A DNA stretch of 64,000 bases from Eledone cirrhosa (Eukaryota): NCBI GenBank assembly GCA_964016885.1, contig OZ024744.1, forward strand, positions 28,706,001 to 28,770,000, given 5' to 3'. The notes under the pieces were generated by a model. The model made no database searches and was not told the DNA's origin. It saw nothing but the letters and a program-made list of their open reading frames with translations. Of this stretch, positions 24,201 to 42,200 are shown piece after piece. Both the position numbers and the translations under genes were made by a program. Numbering within the stretch: the first letter of the stretch is position 1; each line of letters opens with the position of its first letter.

Positions 24201-27200
24201 AATACACACATCTAGAACCACATCCAACACACAAGCAGGTAATACACACATCTTGGACAACATACAACACACAAGCAGGTAATACATACATCTAGGACCA
24301 TATACATCACACAAGCAGGTAATACACACATCTAGGACCACATACAACACACAAGCAGGTAATAAACACATCTAGGGCCATATACAACACACAAGCAGGT
24401 AATATACACATCTAGGACCACATACAACACACGAGCAGGTAATAAACACATCTAGGACCACATACAACACACAAGCAGGTAATAAACACATCTAGGACCA
24501 CATACAATACGTAAGCAGGTAATACACACATCTAGGACCACATACAACACACAAGCAGTTAATAAACACATCTAGGACCACATACAACACACAAGCAGGT
24601 AATAAACACATCTAGGACCACATACAATACGTAAGCAGGTAATACACACATCTAGGACCACATACAACACACAAGCAGTTAATAAACACATCTAGGACCA
24701 CATACAACACACAAGCAGTTAATAAACACATCTAGGACCACATAAAACACACAAGCAGGTAATATATACATCTAGGACCACATACAACACACATGCAGGT
24801 AATACACACATCTACGACCACATACAACACACAAGCAGGTAATACATACATCTAGGACCACATACAATACACAAGCAGGTAATCCACACATCTAAGACCA
24901 CGTACAATACACAATCAGGTAATACACACATCTAGGAACACATACAACACACAAGCAGGTAATACACACATCTAGGATCACATCCAATATACAAACAGGT
25001 AATGCATACATCTAGGACCACATACAACACACAAGCAGGTAATACACACATCTAGGACCACGTACAACACACAAACAGATAATACACACATCTAGGACCA
25101 CATACAGCACAGAAGCAGGTAAAACACACATCTAGGAAAATATACAACACACAAGCCGGTAATACACACATCTAGGACCACATACAGCACAGATGCCGGT
25201 AAAACATACATCTAAGACAACATACAATACACATTCAGGTAATACACACATCTAGGACAACATTCAACACACTAGCTTGGTAATACATCCATATAGGACC
25301 ACATAGAACACAGAAACAGGTAATACACACATCTAGGACAACTTACAGAACATAAGCTGGTAATACACACATATAGGACCACATACAACACACAAGCAGG
25401 TAATGCACACATCTAGGACCACATACAACACAAAAGTAGATAATGATACATCTAGGACACGTACAACACACAAGTAGATAATACATACATCTAGGTCCAG
25501 ATACAATACACAAGAAGGTAATACATACATCTAGGACCACATACAACACAAAAGCAGGTAATACACACATTTAGGACGACATACAACACACGGGCAGGTA
25601 ATACACACATCTAGGCACACATACAACACACAAGTAGATAATACATACATCTAGGACCCCACACAACACACAGGCAGATAATATATATATCTAGGACATT
25701 ACATACAAAAGATAAGCTGGTAATACACACATATAGTCCCACATACAACACAGAAGCAGGTAATAAATACATCTAGGACCATATACAATACAAAACCAGG
25801 TAATACACACACCTAGGACCACATACAAAAGACAAGCAGGTAATACACCCATCTAGCATCACATACAATACACAAACAGGTAATACATCAATCCAGGACC
25901 ACATACAGCACACAAGCAGGTAATAATTACATCTAAGACCACATACAGCACACAAGCAGCTAAAACAGACATCTAGGTTCACATACAATGCACAAAGAGA
26001 TAATACATACATCTAGAAACACATACAACAGACAAGAAAATAATGCATACATCAAGGACCACATACAGCACACAAGTAGATAATGCATACATCTAGGACA
26101 ACATACAACACACAAGCAGGTAATACATACATCTAGGGCCACATTCAGCACACAAGCTGGTAATACACACATCGAGGACCACATACAACACACAAGCAGG
26201 GAATACACACATCTAGAACCACATACAACACACAAGCAGGTGATACACACATCTTGGACAACATAAAACACATAAGCAGGTAATACATACATCTAGGACC
26301 ATATACATCACACAAGCAGGTAATACACACATCTTGGACCACATACAATACACAAGCAGGTAATAAACACCTCTAGGGCCATATACAACACACAAGCAGG
26401 TAATACACACATCTAGGACCACATACAACACACAAGCAGGTAATAAACACATCTAGGACCACATACAACACACAAGCAGGTAATATATACATCTAGGACC
26501 ACATACAACACACATGCAGGTAATACACACATCTACGACCACATACAACACACAAGCAGGTAATACATACATCTAGGACTACATACAACACACAAGCAGG
26601 TAATACATACATCTAGGACCACATACAATACACAAGCAGGTAATCCACACATCTAGGACCACGTACAATACACAAGCAGGCAATACACACATCTTGGATC
26701 ACATACAACACACAAGCAGGTAATACACACATCTAGGACCACATATAACACACAAGCAGGTAAAACATACTTCTAAGACTACATACAAAACACAAGCAGA
26801 TAATACATACATCTAGGTCCACATACAACACACAGGAAGGTAATACATACATCTAGGACCACATACAACACACAAGCAGTTAATACACACATTTAGGACG
26901 ACATACAATACACGGGCAGGTAATACACACATCTAGGCACACATACAACACACAAGCAGGTAATACACACATCTAGGACCACATACAACACACAAGTAGA
27001 TAATACATACATCTAGGACAACACACAACACACAGGCAGATATTATATATATCTAGGACATTACATACAAAACATAAGATGGTAATACACACATATAGGC
27101 CCACATACAACACACAAGCAGGTAATAAATACATCTAGGACCATATACAATACAAAACCAGGTAATACACATATCTAGGACCACATACAAAAGACAAGCA

Positions 27201-30200
27201 GGTAATACACACATCTAGCATCTCATACAATACACAAACAGGTAATACATCAATCCAGGACCACATACAACGCACAAGCAGGTAATACTTACATCTAAGA
27301 CCACATAGAGCACACAAGCAGCTAAAACAGACATCTAGGTTCACATACAATGCACTTAAGAGATAATACATACATCTAGGAACACATACAACACACAAGC
27401 AAATAATGCATACATCAAGGACCACATACAGCACACAAGTAGATAATACATACATCTAGGACAACATACAACACACAAGCAGGTAATACATACATCTAGG
27501 ACCATATTCAGCACACAAGCTGGTAATACACACATCTAGGACCACATACAACACACAAGCAGGGAATACACACATCTAGAACCACATACAACACACAAGC
27601 AGGTAATACACACATCTTGGACAACATACAACACACAAGCAGGTAATACATACATCTAGGACCATATACATCACACAAGCAGGTAATACACACATCTAGG
27701 ACCACATAAAATGCACAAGCAGGTAATAAACACATCTAGGGCCATATACAACACACAAGCAGGTAATACACACATCTAGGACCACATACGACACACGAGC
27801 AGGTAATAAACACATCTAGGACCACATACAACACACAAGCAGGTAATAAACACATCTAGGACTACATACAATACGTAAGCTGGTAATACACACATCTAGG
27901 ACCACATACAACACACAAGCAGGTAATAAACACATCTAGGACCACATAAAACACTCAAGCAGGTAATATATACATATAGGACCACATACAACACACATGC
28001 AGGTAATACACACATCTACGACCACATACAACACACAAGCAGGTAATACATACATCTAGGTCTACATACAACACACAAGCAGGTAATACATACATCTAGG
28101 ACCACATACAATACACAAGCAGGTAATCCACACATCTAAGACCACGTACAATACACAAGCAGGTAATACACACATCTAGGACCACATACAACACAAAGCT
28201 GGTAATACACACATCTAGGACCACATATAACACACAAGCAGGTAAAACATACTTCTAAGACTACATACAAATCACAAGCAGATAATACATACAACTATGA
28301 CCACATAAACTACAAATGCAGGTAATACATACATCTAGGACCAATACTACACAAGCAGGTAATACACAAATCTAGGACCACATACGCCACACAAGCAGGT
28401 AAAACACACATCTATGACAAAACACAACGCACAAGCTGGTAATACACCCATCTAGGAAACTATACAACACACAAGCCGGTAATACACACATCTAGGACCA
28501 CATACAGCACAGATGCAGGTAAAACATACATCTAGGACAACATACAATACTCAAAAAGATAATACACACATCTAGGACCATATTCAACACACTAGCTGGT
28601 AATACATCCATCTAGGACCACATACAACACACAAACAGGTAATACACACATCTAGGACCACTTACAATACACAATCAGGTAATACACACACATCTAAGAC
28701 CACATACAATACACAAGCAGGTAATACAGACATCTAGGACCATATACATCACACAAGCAGGTAATACACACATCTTGGACCACATACAATACACAAGCAG
28801 GTAATAAATACATCTAGGGCCATATACAACACACAAGCAGGTAATACACACATCTAGGACCACATACAACACACAAGCAGGTAATAAACACATCTAGGAC
28901 CACATACAACACACACGCAGGTAATATATACATCTAGGACCACATACAACACACATGCAGGTAATACACACATCTACGACCACATACAACACACAAGCAG
29001 GTAATACATACATCTAGGACTACATACAACACACAAGCAGGTAATACGTACATCTAGGACCACATACAATACACAAGCAGGTAATCCACACATCTAGGAC
29101 CACGTACAATACACAAGCAGGCAATACACACATCTTGGATCACATACAACACACAAGCAGGTAATACACACATCTAGGACCACATATAACACACAAGCAG
29201 GTAAAACATACTTCTAAGACTACATACAAAACACAAGCAGATAATACATACATCTAGGTCCACATACAACACACAGGAAGGTAATACATACATCTAGGAC
29301 CACATACAACACACAAGCAGTTAATACACACATTTAGGACGACATACAATACACGGGCAGGTAATACACACATCTAGGCACACATACAACACACAAGCAG
29401 GTAATACACACATCTAGGACCACATACAACACACAAGTAGATAATACATACATCTAGGACCACACACAACACACAGGCAGATATTATATATATCTAGGAC
29501 ATTACATACAAAACATAAGATGGTAATACACACATATAGGCCCACATACAACACACAAGCAGGTAATAAATACATGTAGGACCATATACAATACAAAACC
29601 AGGTAATACACATATCTAGGACCACATACAAAAGACAAGCAGGTAATACACACATCTAGCATCTCATACAATACACAAACATGTAATACATCAATCCAGG
29701 ACCACATACAACGCACAAGCAGCTAATACTTACATCTAAGACCACATACAGCACACAAGCAGCTAAAACAGACATCTAGGTTCACATACAATGCACTTAA
29801 GAGATAATACATACATCTAGGAACACATACAACACACAAGCAAATAATGCATACATCAAGGACCACATACAGCACACAAGTAGATAATACATACATCTAG
29901 GACAACATACAACACACAAGCAGGTAATACATACATCTAGGACCATATTCAGCACACAAGCTGGTAATACACACATCTAGGACCACATACAACACACAAG
30001 CAGGGAATACACACATCTAGAACTACATACAACACACAAGCAGGTAATACACACATCTTGGACAACATACAACACACAAGCAGGTAATACATACATCTAG
30101 GACCATATACATCACACAAGCAGGTAATACACACATCTAGGACCACATAAAATGCACAAGCAGGTAATAAACACATCTAGGACCACATACAACACACAAG

Positions 30201-33200
30201 CAGGTAATACACACATCTAGGACCACATACAACACACAAGCAGGTAATAAACACATCTAGGACCACATAAAACACTCAAGCAGGTAATATATACATATAG
30301 GACCACATACAACACACATGCAGGTAATACACACATCTACGACCACATACAACACACAAGCAGGTAATACATACATCTAGGTCTACATACAACACACAAG
30401 CAGATAATACATACATCTAGGACCACATACAATACACAAGCAGGTAATAAACACATCTAAGACCACGTACAATACACAAGCAGGTAATACACACATCTAG
30501 GACCACATACAACACAAAGCTGGTAATACACACATCTAGGACCACATATAACACACAAGCAGGTAAAACATACTTCTAAGACTACATACAAATCACAAGC
30601 AGATAATACATACAACTAAGACCACATAAACTACAAATGCAGGTAATACACACATCTAGGACCAATACTACACAAGCAGGTAATACACAAATCTAGGACC
30701 ACATACGCCACACAAGCAGGTAAAACACACATCTATGACAAAACACAACGCACAAGCTGGTAATACACCCATCTAGGAAACTATACAACACACAAGCCGG
30801 TAATACACACATCTAGGACCACATACAGCACAGATGCAGGTAAAACATACATCTAGGACAACATACAATACTCAAAAAGATAATACACACATCTAGGACC
30901 ATATTCAACACACTAGCTGGTACTACATCCATCTAGGACCACATACAACACACAAACAGGTAATACACACATCTAGGACCACTTACAATACACAATCAGG
31001 TAATACACACACATCTAAGACCACATACAATACACAAGCAGGTAATACAGACATCTAGGACCACATACAGCACACAAGTAGATAATACATACATCTAGGA
31101 CCACACACAACGCACACGGAGGTAATGCATACATCTAGGACCACATACAACACATAAGCTTGTAATACACACATCTAGGACCACATAAAACACACAAGCA
31201 GGTAATACATACATCTAGGACGTCATACAACACACATGTAGATAATACATACATCTTGGACTACATTCAACACATAAGCTGGTAATACACACCTCTAGGA
31301 CCAGCTACAACACACAAGCAGGTAATACATACATCTAGGACCATATACAATACACAATCAGGTAATACACACATCTAGGAGCACGTACAATACACAAGCA
31401 GGTAATACACACATCTAGGACCACATTCAACACACAAGCAGGTAATACACACATCTAGGACCACATAAAACACACAAACAGGTAATACACACATCTAGGA
31501 CCACATAAAACACACAAGCAGGTAAAACTTACTTTTAAGACTACATACAAAACACAAGCAGATAATACATACAACTAAGTTCACATACACCACAGATGCA
31601 GGTAATACACACATTTAGGACCACATACTACACAAACAGTTAATACACAAATCTAGGACCACATGCAACACACAAGCAGGTAAAACAAACATCTAGGACA
31701 AAACACAACACACAAGCAGGTAATACACCCATCTAGGAAACTATACAACACACAAGCCGGTAATACACACATCTAGGACCACATACAGCACAGATGAAGG
31801 TAAAACATACATCTAAGACAACATACAATACACAAGCAGGTAATACACACATCTAGGAACACATTCAACACACTAGCTGGTAATACATCCATCTAGGACC
31901 ACATAGAACACACAAACAGGTAATACACACATCTAGGACCACTTACAATACACAATCAGGTAATACACACATATCTAAGACCACATACAATACACAAGCA
32001 GGTAATACAGACATCTAGGACCACATACAACACACAAGTAGATAATACATAAATCTAGGACCACACACAACGCACAAGCAGGTAATACATACATCTAGGA
32101 CCACATTCAACACACGAGCAGGTAATAAACACATCTAGGACCACATACAACACACAAGTTGATAATACAAACACCTAGGACCACATACAATACACAAGCA
32201 GGTAATACACATATCTAGGACCACATACAACACACAAGCAGGTAATAGACACATCTAGTACCACATACAATACGTAAGCAGGTAATACACACATCTAGGA
32301 CCACATACAACACACAAGCAGGTAATAAACACATCTAGGACCACATACAACACACAAGCAGGTGATATATACATCTAGGACCACATACAACACACATGCA
32401 GATAATACACACATCTACGACAACATACAACACACAAGCAGGTAATACATACATCTAGGACTACATACAACACACAAGCAGGTAATACATACATCTAGGA
32501 CCACATACAATACACAAGCAGGTAATCCACACATCTAGTACCACGTTCAATACACAAGCAGGCAATACACACATCTAGGATCACATACAACAAACAAGCA
32601 GGTAATACACACATCTAGGACAACAGATAACACACAAGCAGGTAATACATACTTCTAAGACTACATACAAAACACAAGCAGATAATACATACATCTAGGT
32701 CCACATACAACACACAAGAAGTTAATACATACATCTAGGACAACATACAACACACAAGCAGGTAATACACACATTTAGGACGACATACAATACACGGGCA
32801 GGTAATACACACATCTAGGCACACATACAACACACAAGCAGGTAATACACACATCTAGGACCACACACAAGACACAGGTAGATAATATATATATCTAGGA
32901 CATTACATACAAAACATAAGCTGGTAATACACACATATAGGCCCACATACAACACACAAGCAGGTAATAAATACATCTAGGACCATATACAATACAAAAC
33001 CAGGTAATACACACATCTAGGACCACATACAAAAGACAAGCAGGTAATACACACATCTAGCATCTCATACAATACACAAACAGGTAATACATCAATCCAG
33101 GACCACATACAACACACAAGCAGGTAATACTTACATCTAAAACCACATACAGCACACAAGCAGCTAAAACAGACATCTAGGTTAACATACAATGCACAAA

Positions 33201-36200
33201 GAGATAATACATACATCTAGGAACACAAAAAACACACAAGCAAATAATGCATACATCAAGGACCACATACAGCACACAAGTAGATAATACATTCATCTAG
33301 GACAACATACAACACACAATCAGGAAATACACACATCTAGAACCACATCCAACACACAAGCAGGTAATACACACATCTTGGACAACATACAACACACAAG
33401 CAGGTAATACATACATCTAGGACCATATACATCACACAAGCAGGTAATACACACATCTAGGACCACATACAACACACAAGCAGGTAATAAACACATCTAG
33501 GGCCATATACAACACACAAGCAGGTAATACACACATCTAGGACCACATACAACACACGAGCAGGTAATAAACACATCTAGGACCACATACAACACACAAG
33601 CAGGTAATAAACACATCTAGGACCACATACAATACGTAAGCAGGTAATACACACATCTAGGACCACATACAACACACAAGCAGTTAATAAACACATCTAG
33701 GACCACATAAAACACACAAGCAGGTTATATATACATCTAGGACCACATACAACACACATGCAGGTAATACACACATCTACGACCACATACAACACACAAG
33801 CAGGTAATACATACATCTAGGACTACATACAACACACAAGCAGGTAATACATACATCTAGGACCACATACAATACACAAGCAGGTAATCCACACATCTAG
33901 GACCACGTACAATACACAAGCAGGTAATACACACATCTAGGACCACATACAACACAAAGCAGGTAATACACACATCTAGGAACACATATAACACACAAGC
34001 AGGTAAAACATACTTCTAAGACTACATACAAAACACAAGCAGATAATACATACAACTAAGACCACATAAACTACAAATGCAGGTAATACACACATCTAGG
34101 ACCACATAATACACAAGCAGGTAATACACAAATCTAGGACCACATACGCCACACAAGCAGGTAAAACACACATCTATGACAAAACACAACGCACAAGCTG
34201 GTAATACACCCATCTAGGAAACTATACAACACACAAGCGGGTAATACACACATCTAGGACCACATACAACACACAAGCAGGTAATACACACATCTAGGAC
34301 CACATACAGCACAGATGCAGGTAAAACATACATCTAGGAAAACATACAATACACAAACAGGTAATACACATATCTAGGACCATATTCAACACACTAGCTG
34401 GTAATACATCCATCTAGGACCACATAGAACACACAAACAGGTAATACACATATCTAGGACCACTTACAATACACAATCAGGTAATACACACACATCTAAG
34501 ACCACATACAATACACAAGCAGGTAATACAGACATCTAGGACCACATACAACACACAAGTAGATAATACATACATCTAGGACCACACACAACGCACAAGC
34601 AGGTAATACACACATCTAGGACCACATACAACACACAAGCAGGTAATACACACATCTAGGACCACATACAACACACAAGCAGGTAATACACACATGTAAG
34701 ACCACATACAACACAGAAGCAGGTAAAACATACATCTCAGACTACATACAATACACAAGCAGGATATACATAGATCTACGACCACATGCAACACACTAGC
34801 TGGTAATACATCCATCAGGGACCACATAGAAGACACACAAAGGTAATACATACATCTACGACCAAATACAATACACACTCAGGTAATACACAGTCACCAA
34901 GGAACACATATAACAAACAAGCAGGTAACACATACATCTGAGACAACATACAACACACAAGCCGGTAATTCACACATCTACGACCACATGCAATTCACAA
35001 GCAGGTAATACCCACATCTAGTATCACATACAACACAAAAGTAGATAATACATACATCTAAAACTACATACAGCACACAAGCAGGTAATACACACATCTA
35101 GGACCACATAAAACACACAAGCAGGTAATACATACATCTAGGACGTCATACAACACACACGTAGATAATACATACATCTAGGACTACATACAACACATAA
35201 GCTGGTAATACACACCTCTAGGACCAGCTACAACACACAAGCAGGTAATACATACATCTAGGACCTTATGCAATACACAATCAGGTAATACACACATCTA
35301 GGACCACGTACAATACACAAGCAGGTTATACACACATCTAGGACCACATACAACACACAAGCAGGTAATACACACATCTAGGACCACATGAAACACAGAA
35401 ACAGGTAATACACACATCTAGGACCACATATAATACACAAGCAGGTAAAACTTACTTTTAAGACTACATACAAAACACAAGCAGATAATACGTACAACTA
35501 AGATCACATACACTACAGATGCAGGTAATACACACATTTAGGAACACATACTACACAAACAGTTAATACACAAATCTAGGACCACATACAATAGACAAGC
35601 AGGCAATATATACATCTAGGATGTCATAAAGCACACCAGCAGTTAATACACACATCTAGGACCACATGCAACACACAAGCAGGTAAAACACACATCTAGG
35701 ACAAAACACAACACACAAGCAGGTATTACACCCATCTAGTAAACTATACAACACACAAGCCGGTAATACACACATCTAGGACCACATACAACACACAATC
35801 AGGTAATACACACATCTAGGACCACATACAGCACAGATGCAGGTAAAACATACATCTACGACAACATACAACACACAAGCCGGTAATACACACATCTAGG
35901 ACAACATACAATACACAAGGAGGTAATACACACATCTAGGAACACATTCAACACACTAGCTGGTAATACATCCATCTACGACCACATAGAACACACAAAC
36001 AGGTAATACACACATCTAGGACCACTTACAATACACAATCAGGTAATACACACACATCTAAGACCACATACAATACACAAGCAGGTAATACAGACATGTA
36101 GGACCACATACAACACACAAGTAGATAATACATACATCTAGGACCACTTACAATACACAATCAGGTAATACACACACATCTAAGACCACATACAATACAC

Positions 36201-39200
36201 AAGCAGGTAATATAGACATCTAGGACCACATACAACACACAAGTAGATAATACACACATCTAGGACCACACACAACGCACAAGCAGGTAATACATACATC
36301 TAGGACCACATACAACACATAAGCTGGTAATACACATATCTAGGACCATATACAACACACAAGCAGGTAATACACACATGTAGGACCACATACAACACAG
36401 AAGCAGGTAAAACATACATCTCAGACTACATACAATACACAAGCAGGATATACATAGATCTAGGACCACATGCAACACACTAGCTGGTAATACATCCATC
36501 TGGGACCACATAGAAGAGACACACAGGTAATACACACATCTACGACCAAATACAATACACACTCAGGTAATACACAATCGGCAAGGAACACATATAACAA
36601 ACAAGCAGGTAACACATACATCTGAGACAACATACAACACACAAGCCGGTAATTCACACATCTACGATCACATGCAATTCACAAGCAGTTAGTACACACA
36701 TCTAGGACCACGTATAACACAAAAGTAGATAATACATACATCTAAAACGACATACAGCACACAAGCAGGTAATACACACATCTAGGACCACATAAAACAC
36801 ACAAGCAGGTAATACATATATCTAGGACGTGATACAACACACACGTAGATAATACATACATCTAGGACTACATACAACACATAAGCTGGTAATACACACC
36901 ACTAGGACCAGCTACAACACACAAACAGGTAATACGTACATCTAGGACCATATACAATACACAATCAGGTAATACACACATCTAGGAACACATACAACAC
37001 ACAAGCAGGTGATACACACATCTAGGATCACATCCAATACACAAACAGGTAATGCATACATCTAGGACCACATACAACACACAAGCAGGTAATACACACA
37101 TGTAGGACCACATAAAAGACGCAAGCAGGTAATACACACATCTAGGTTCACATACAATACACAAACAGGTAATACATACATCTAGGAACACATAGAACAC
37201 ACAAACAGGTAATACACACATCTAGAACCACATACACTACACGATCAGTTAATACACACACATCAAGAAACACATACAACAAACAAGCAGGTTACACATA
37301 CATCTAAGACAACATACAACACGCAAGCAGGTAATTCACACATCTAGGACCACATACAACACGCAAACAGGTAATATATACATCTAGGACCACATACAAC
37401 ACAAAAGTAGATAATAAAACATCTAGGACTACATACCACACACAAGCAGGTAATACATACATCTAGGACCACATACAACACACAAGTAGGTAATACACAC
37501 ATTTAGGATCACATACAATACACGGGCAGGTAATACACACATCTAGGCACACATACAACACACAAGCAGGTAATACACACATCTAGGACCACATACAACA
37601 CAGAAGTAGATAATACATACATCTAGGACCACACGCAACACACAGGCAGATAATACATTCATCTAGGACCACATACAAAACTTAAGCTGGTAATACACAC
37701 ATATAGGACCACCTACAACACACAAGCAGGTAATAAATACATCTAGGACCAAATACAATACAAAACCAGGTAATACACACATCTAGCACCACATACAAAA
37801 CACAAGCAGGTAATACACACATATCGCATCACATACAATACACAAACAGCTAATACATATATCTAGGATCACAGACAACACACAAGCAGGTAATACATAC
37901 ATCTAGGACCACTTACAACACACACGCAGGTAATACATAGATCTAAGACCACATACAACACACAAGCAGGTAATACACACATCTAGGATCACATACAATA
38001 AACAAACAGGTAATACACACATCCAGGACCACATACAACACACAAGCAGGTAATACACACATCTAGGAACATTTACAACACACAAGTAGATAATACATAC
38101 ATATAGGCCACCTACAACACACAAGCAGGTAATACACACATCTTAGACCACATACAATACACAAGCAGGTAATACATACATCTAGTTCACATAGAAGACA
38201 CAAGCATGAAATACACACAATTAGGACCACATACAACACACAAGCAGGTAATACATACAACTAGGACAACATACAACACACAAGCAAGTAATGCATACAT
38301 CTACGACCAGATACAACACACAAGCAGGTAATACACACATCTAGGACCGCATACAACACACAAGCAGGTAATACATACAGCTAAGACCACATACATCGCA
38401 GAAACAGGTAATACACACATCTAGGACAACATACAACACACCAGCAGGTAATACACATATCTAGGACCACATACAACACACAAGCAGGTAATAAACACAA
38501 GTAGGACCAAACACAGCACCCATGTAGGTAATACATACATCTAGGACGACATACAACACACAAGCAGGTAAAATATACATCTGAGACTACATACAACACA
38601 CAAACAGGTAATACAACAATCTAGGCCAATACACAATACACAAAGAGGTAATATATACAACTAGGTTCACATACAACACACAAGTAGGTGATGCATAGAT
38701 CTAGGACCACATACAACACAAAAGCAGCTATTACACATATCTAGGATCACATTCACTACACAAACAGGTAATACATATAACTAGGACTACATACAACACA
38801 CAAGCAGCTAATACATACATCTAGGACCACATATAACCCACAAGCAGGTAATACATACATGTAGGACCACATACAACAAACAAGCAGGTAATACATACAT
38901 CTAGTACAACATACAACACACAAGCTGGTAATACATACATCTAGGACCTCATACATCAAGCAAGAATGTAATACATACAACTAAGACCATACACATCAGA
39001 GAAACAGGTAATACACACATATTGGACCACATACAACACACAAGCAGGTAATACATACATCTAGGACCAAATACAACACAGAAGCTGGTAATACATACAT
39101 CTAGGATCACATATAGCACGCAAGCAAGCAATATATACATCTAGGACAACATACAACACAACAGCAGGTAATACATACATCTAGGACCATATACAATACA

Positions 39201-42200
39201 CTAAAAGTTAATACATACATCTAGGAACACATACATCAGAGAAGCAGGTAATATCCACATCTAGGACCACATACAATACACAAGCTGGTAACACACACAT
39301 GTAGGATCACATACAGCACACATGCAGGCAATATATATATCTAGTACAACATACAACACACCAGCAGGTAATACACATATCTAGGACCACATACAACTCA
39401 CAATCAGGTAATGCACACATCTAGGACCACATACATCACACAAGCAGGAAAAATATACATCACACAAGCAGGTAAAATATACATCTCAGACTACACACAA
39501 CACACAAACATTTAATACACACATCTAGGCCAATATGCAATACACAAAGAGGTAATACATACAACTAGGTTCACATACAACACACACGCAGGTGATGCAT
39601 AGATCTAGGATCGCATACAACACACAAGCAGGTAAAACATACATCTAGGACCACATACAGCACACAAGCAGGCAATAAATTCATCTAGGACCGCGTTCAG
39701 CACACCAGTATGTAATACACACATCTAGCATCACATACAATACACAAACAGGTAATACATACCTCAAGGAACACATATAACACACAACCAGTTAATGCAT
39801 ACATGTAGGACCACATACAATACACAAGTAGATAACACATGCATGTAGGACCACATACAACACACAAGCTGGTAATACATACATCTAGGACCTCATACAA
39901 CAACCAAGCATGTAATACATACAACTAAGACCACACACATCAAAGAAACAGGTAATACACACATCTAGCACCACATACAACACACAAGCAGGTAAAACAC
40001 ACATCTAGGACCACATACAGCACACAAGCAGGCAATATATTCATCTAGGACCGCATTCAGCACACCAGCATGTAATACACACATATAGGACGACATACAA
40101 CACACAAGCTAGTAATACATACATCTAGGACAACAGAAAACACACAAGCAAGTAAAACACACATGCTGTACCACATACAACACACAAGCAGGTAATACAC
40201 ACATCCAGGTTCACATACAATACACAAACAGTTAATACACACATCTAGGAATACATACATCAGAGAAGCAGGAAGTACACATATCTAGGACCACATACAA
40301 CTCACAATCAGGTAATGCACACATCTAGGACTACATACATCACACAAGCAGATAATACATACATCTAGGACCACATACAACACACAAGCAGGTAATACAC
40401 ACATCTAGGATCACATTGAATACACAAACAGGTAATACATATATCTAGGACTACATACAACACACAAGCAGGTAATACATACATCTAGGACCACATACAA
40501 CACACAAGCAGGCAATAGATACATCTAAGACCACATACAACACACAAGCAGGTAATATAGACATCTAGCATCACATAAAATACACAAACAGGTAATACAC
40601 ATCTAGGACCACATACAATACAGAAACAGGTAATATATACGTCTACGAACACATATAACACACAACCAGGTAATACATACATGTAGGACCACATACAACA
40701 CACAAGCAGGTAATACATATATCTAGGACCACATACAACACACAAGCTGGTAATACATACATCTAGGACCTCATACAACAAGCAAGCATCTAATACATAC
40801 AACTAAGACCACACACCTCAGTGAAACAGGTAATACACACATCTAGTCCAATATACAATACACAAGCAGGTAATACATACAACTAGGTTCACGTACAACA
40901 CTCAAGCAGGTGATGCATACATCTAAGACCACATAAAACACGCAAGTATATAATACACACATCGAAGACCACATACAACACACAAGCAGGTAATACACAC
41001 ATCTAGGATCACATACAATACACAAACAGGTAATACATACATCCAGGACTACATACAACATACAAGCTGGTAATACATACATCTAGGACCTCATACAACA
41101 AGCAAGCAGGTAATACATACAACTAAGACCACACATCAGAGAAGCAGGTAATACACACATCTATGACCACATACAATACACATGCAGGTAAAACACACAT
41201 CTAGGACCATATACAAGACGTTAGCTGGTAATACATACATCTAGGACCACATAGAACACACAAACAGGTAATATATACATCTGGCACCACATACAACACA
41301 CACGCAGGTAATATATAGATCAAAGACCACATACAACACACAAGCGGTTAATACATACATCTAGGACCACATACAACACACAAGCAGGTAATACATACAT
41401 CAAGGAGCACTTAGAATACACAAACAGGTAATACACACATCTAGGACCACATACAACACACAATCAGTTAATACACACAAATCAAGGAACACATACAACA
41501 GACAAGCAGGTAATATTTTCATCTAGGACCACATACAACACAAAAGTAGATAATAATACATCTAGGACCACATACAACACATAAGCAGGTCATACATACA
41601 TGTCGGACCACATGCAACACAGAAGCAGGTAATACGTACATCTAGGAACACATACAACACAGAAGCAGGTAATACATTCATCTAGGACCATAGAAAATAC
41701 ACAAGCAGGCAATTCACACATCTAGGTTCACATACAATACACAAACAGGTAATACATACATCTAGGAACGCATACAACACACAACCAGGTAATACACACA
41801 TCTAGGACCACATACAACACACAAGCAGATAATACATACATCTAGGACCACACACAACACACAAGCAAGTAATACATACATCTAGGACCACTTACAACAC
41901 AGAAGCAGGTAATACACACATCTAGTTACACATACAATACACAAGCAGGTTACACACACATCTAGGACCACGTTCAGCACACTAGCTGGTAATACATACA
42001 TCTAGGAACACATAGAACACACAAACAGGTAATACACACATCTAGGACAACATTAAATACACAAGCACACAATTCACACATTTAGGTTCACATACAATAC
42101 ACAATCAGGTAATAGACACACATCAATGAACACATACAAAAAACAAGCAGGTAACACATACATCTAAGACCAGATACAGCACGCAAGCAGGTAATACACA

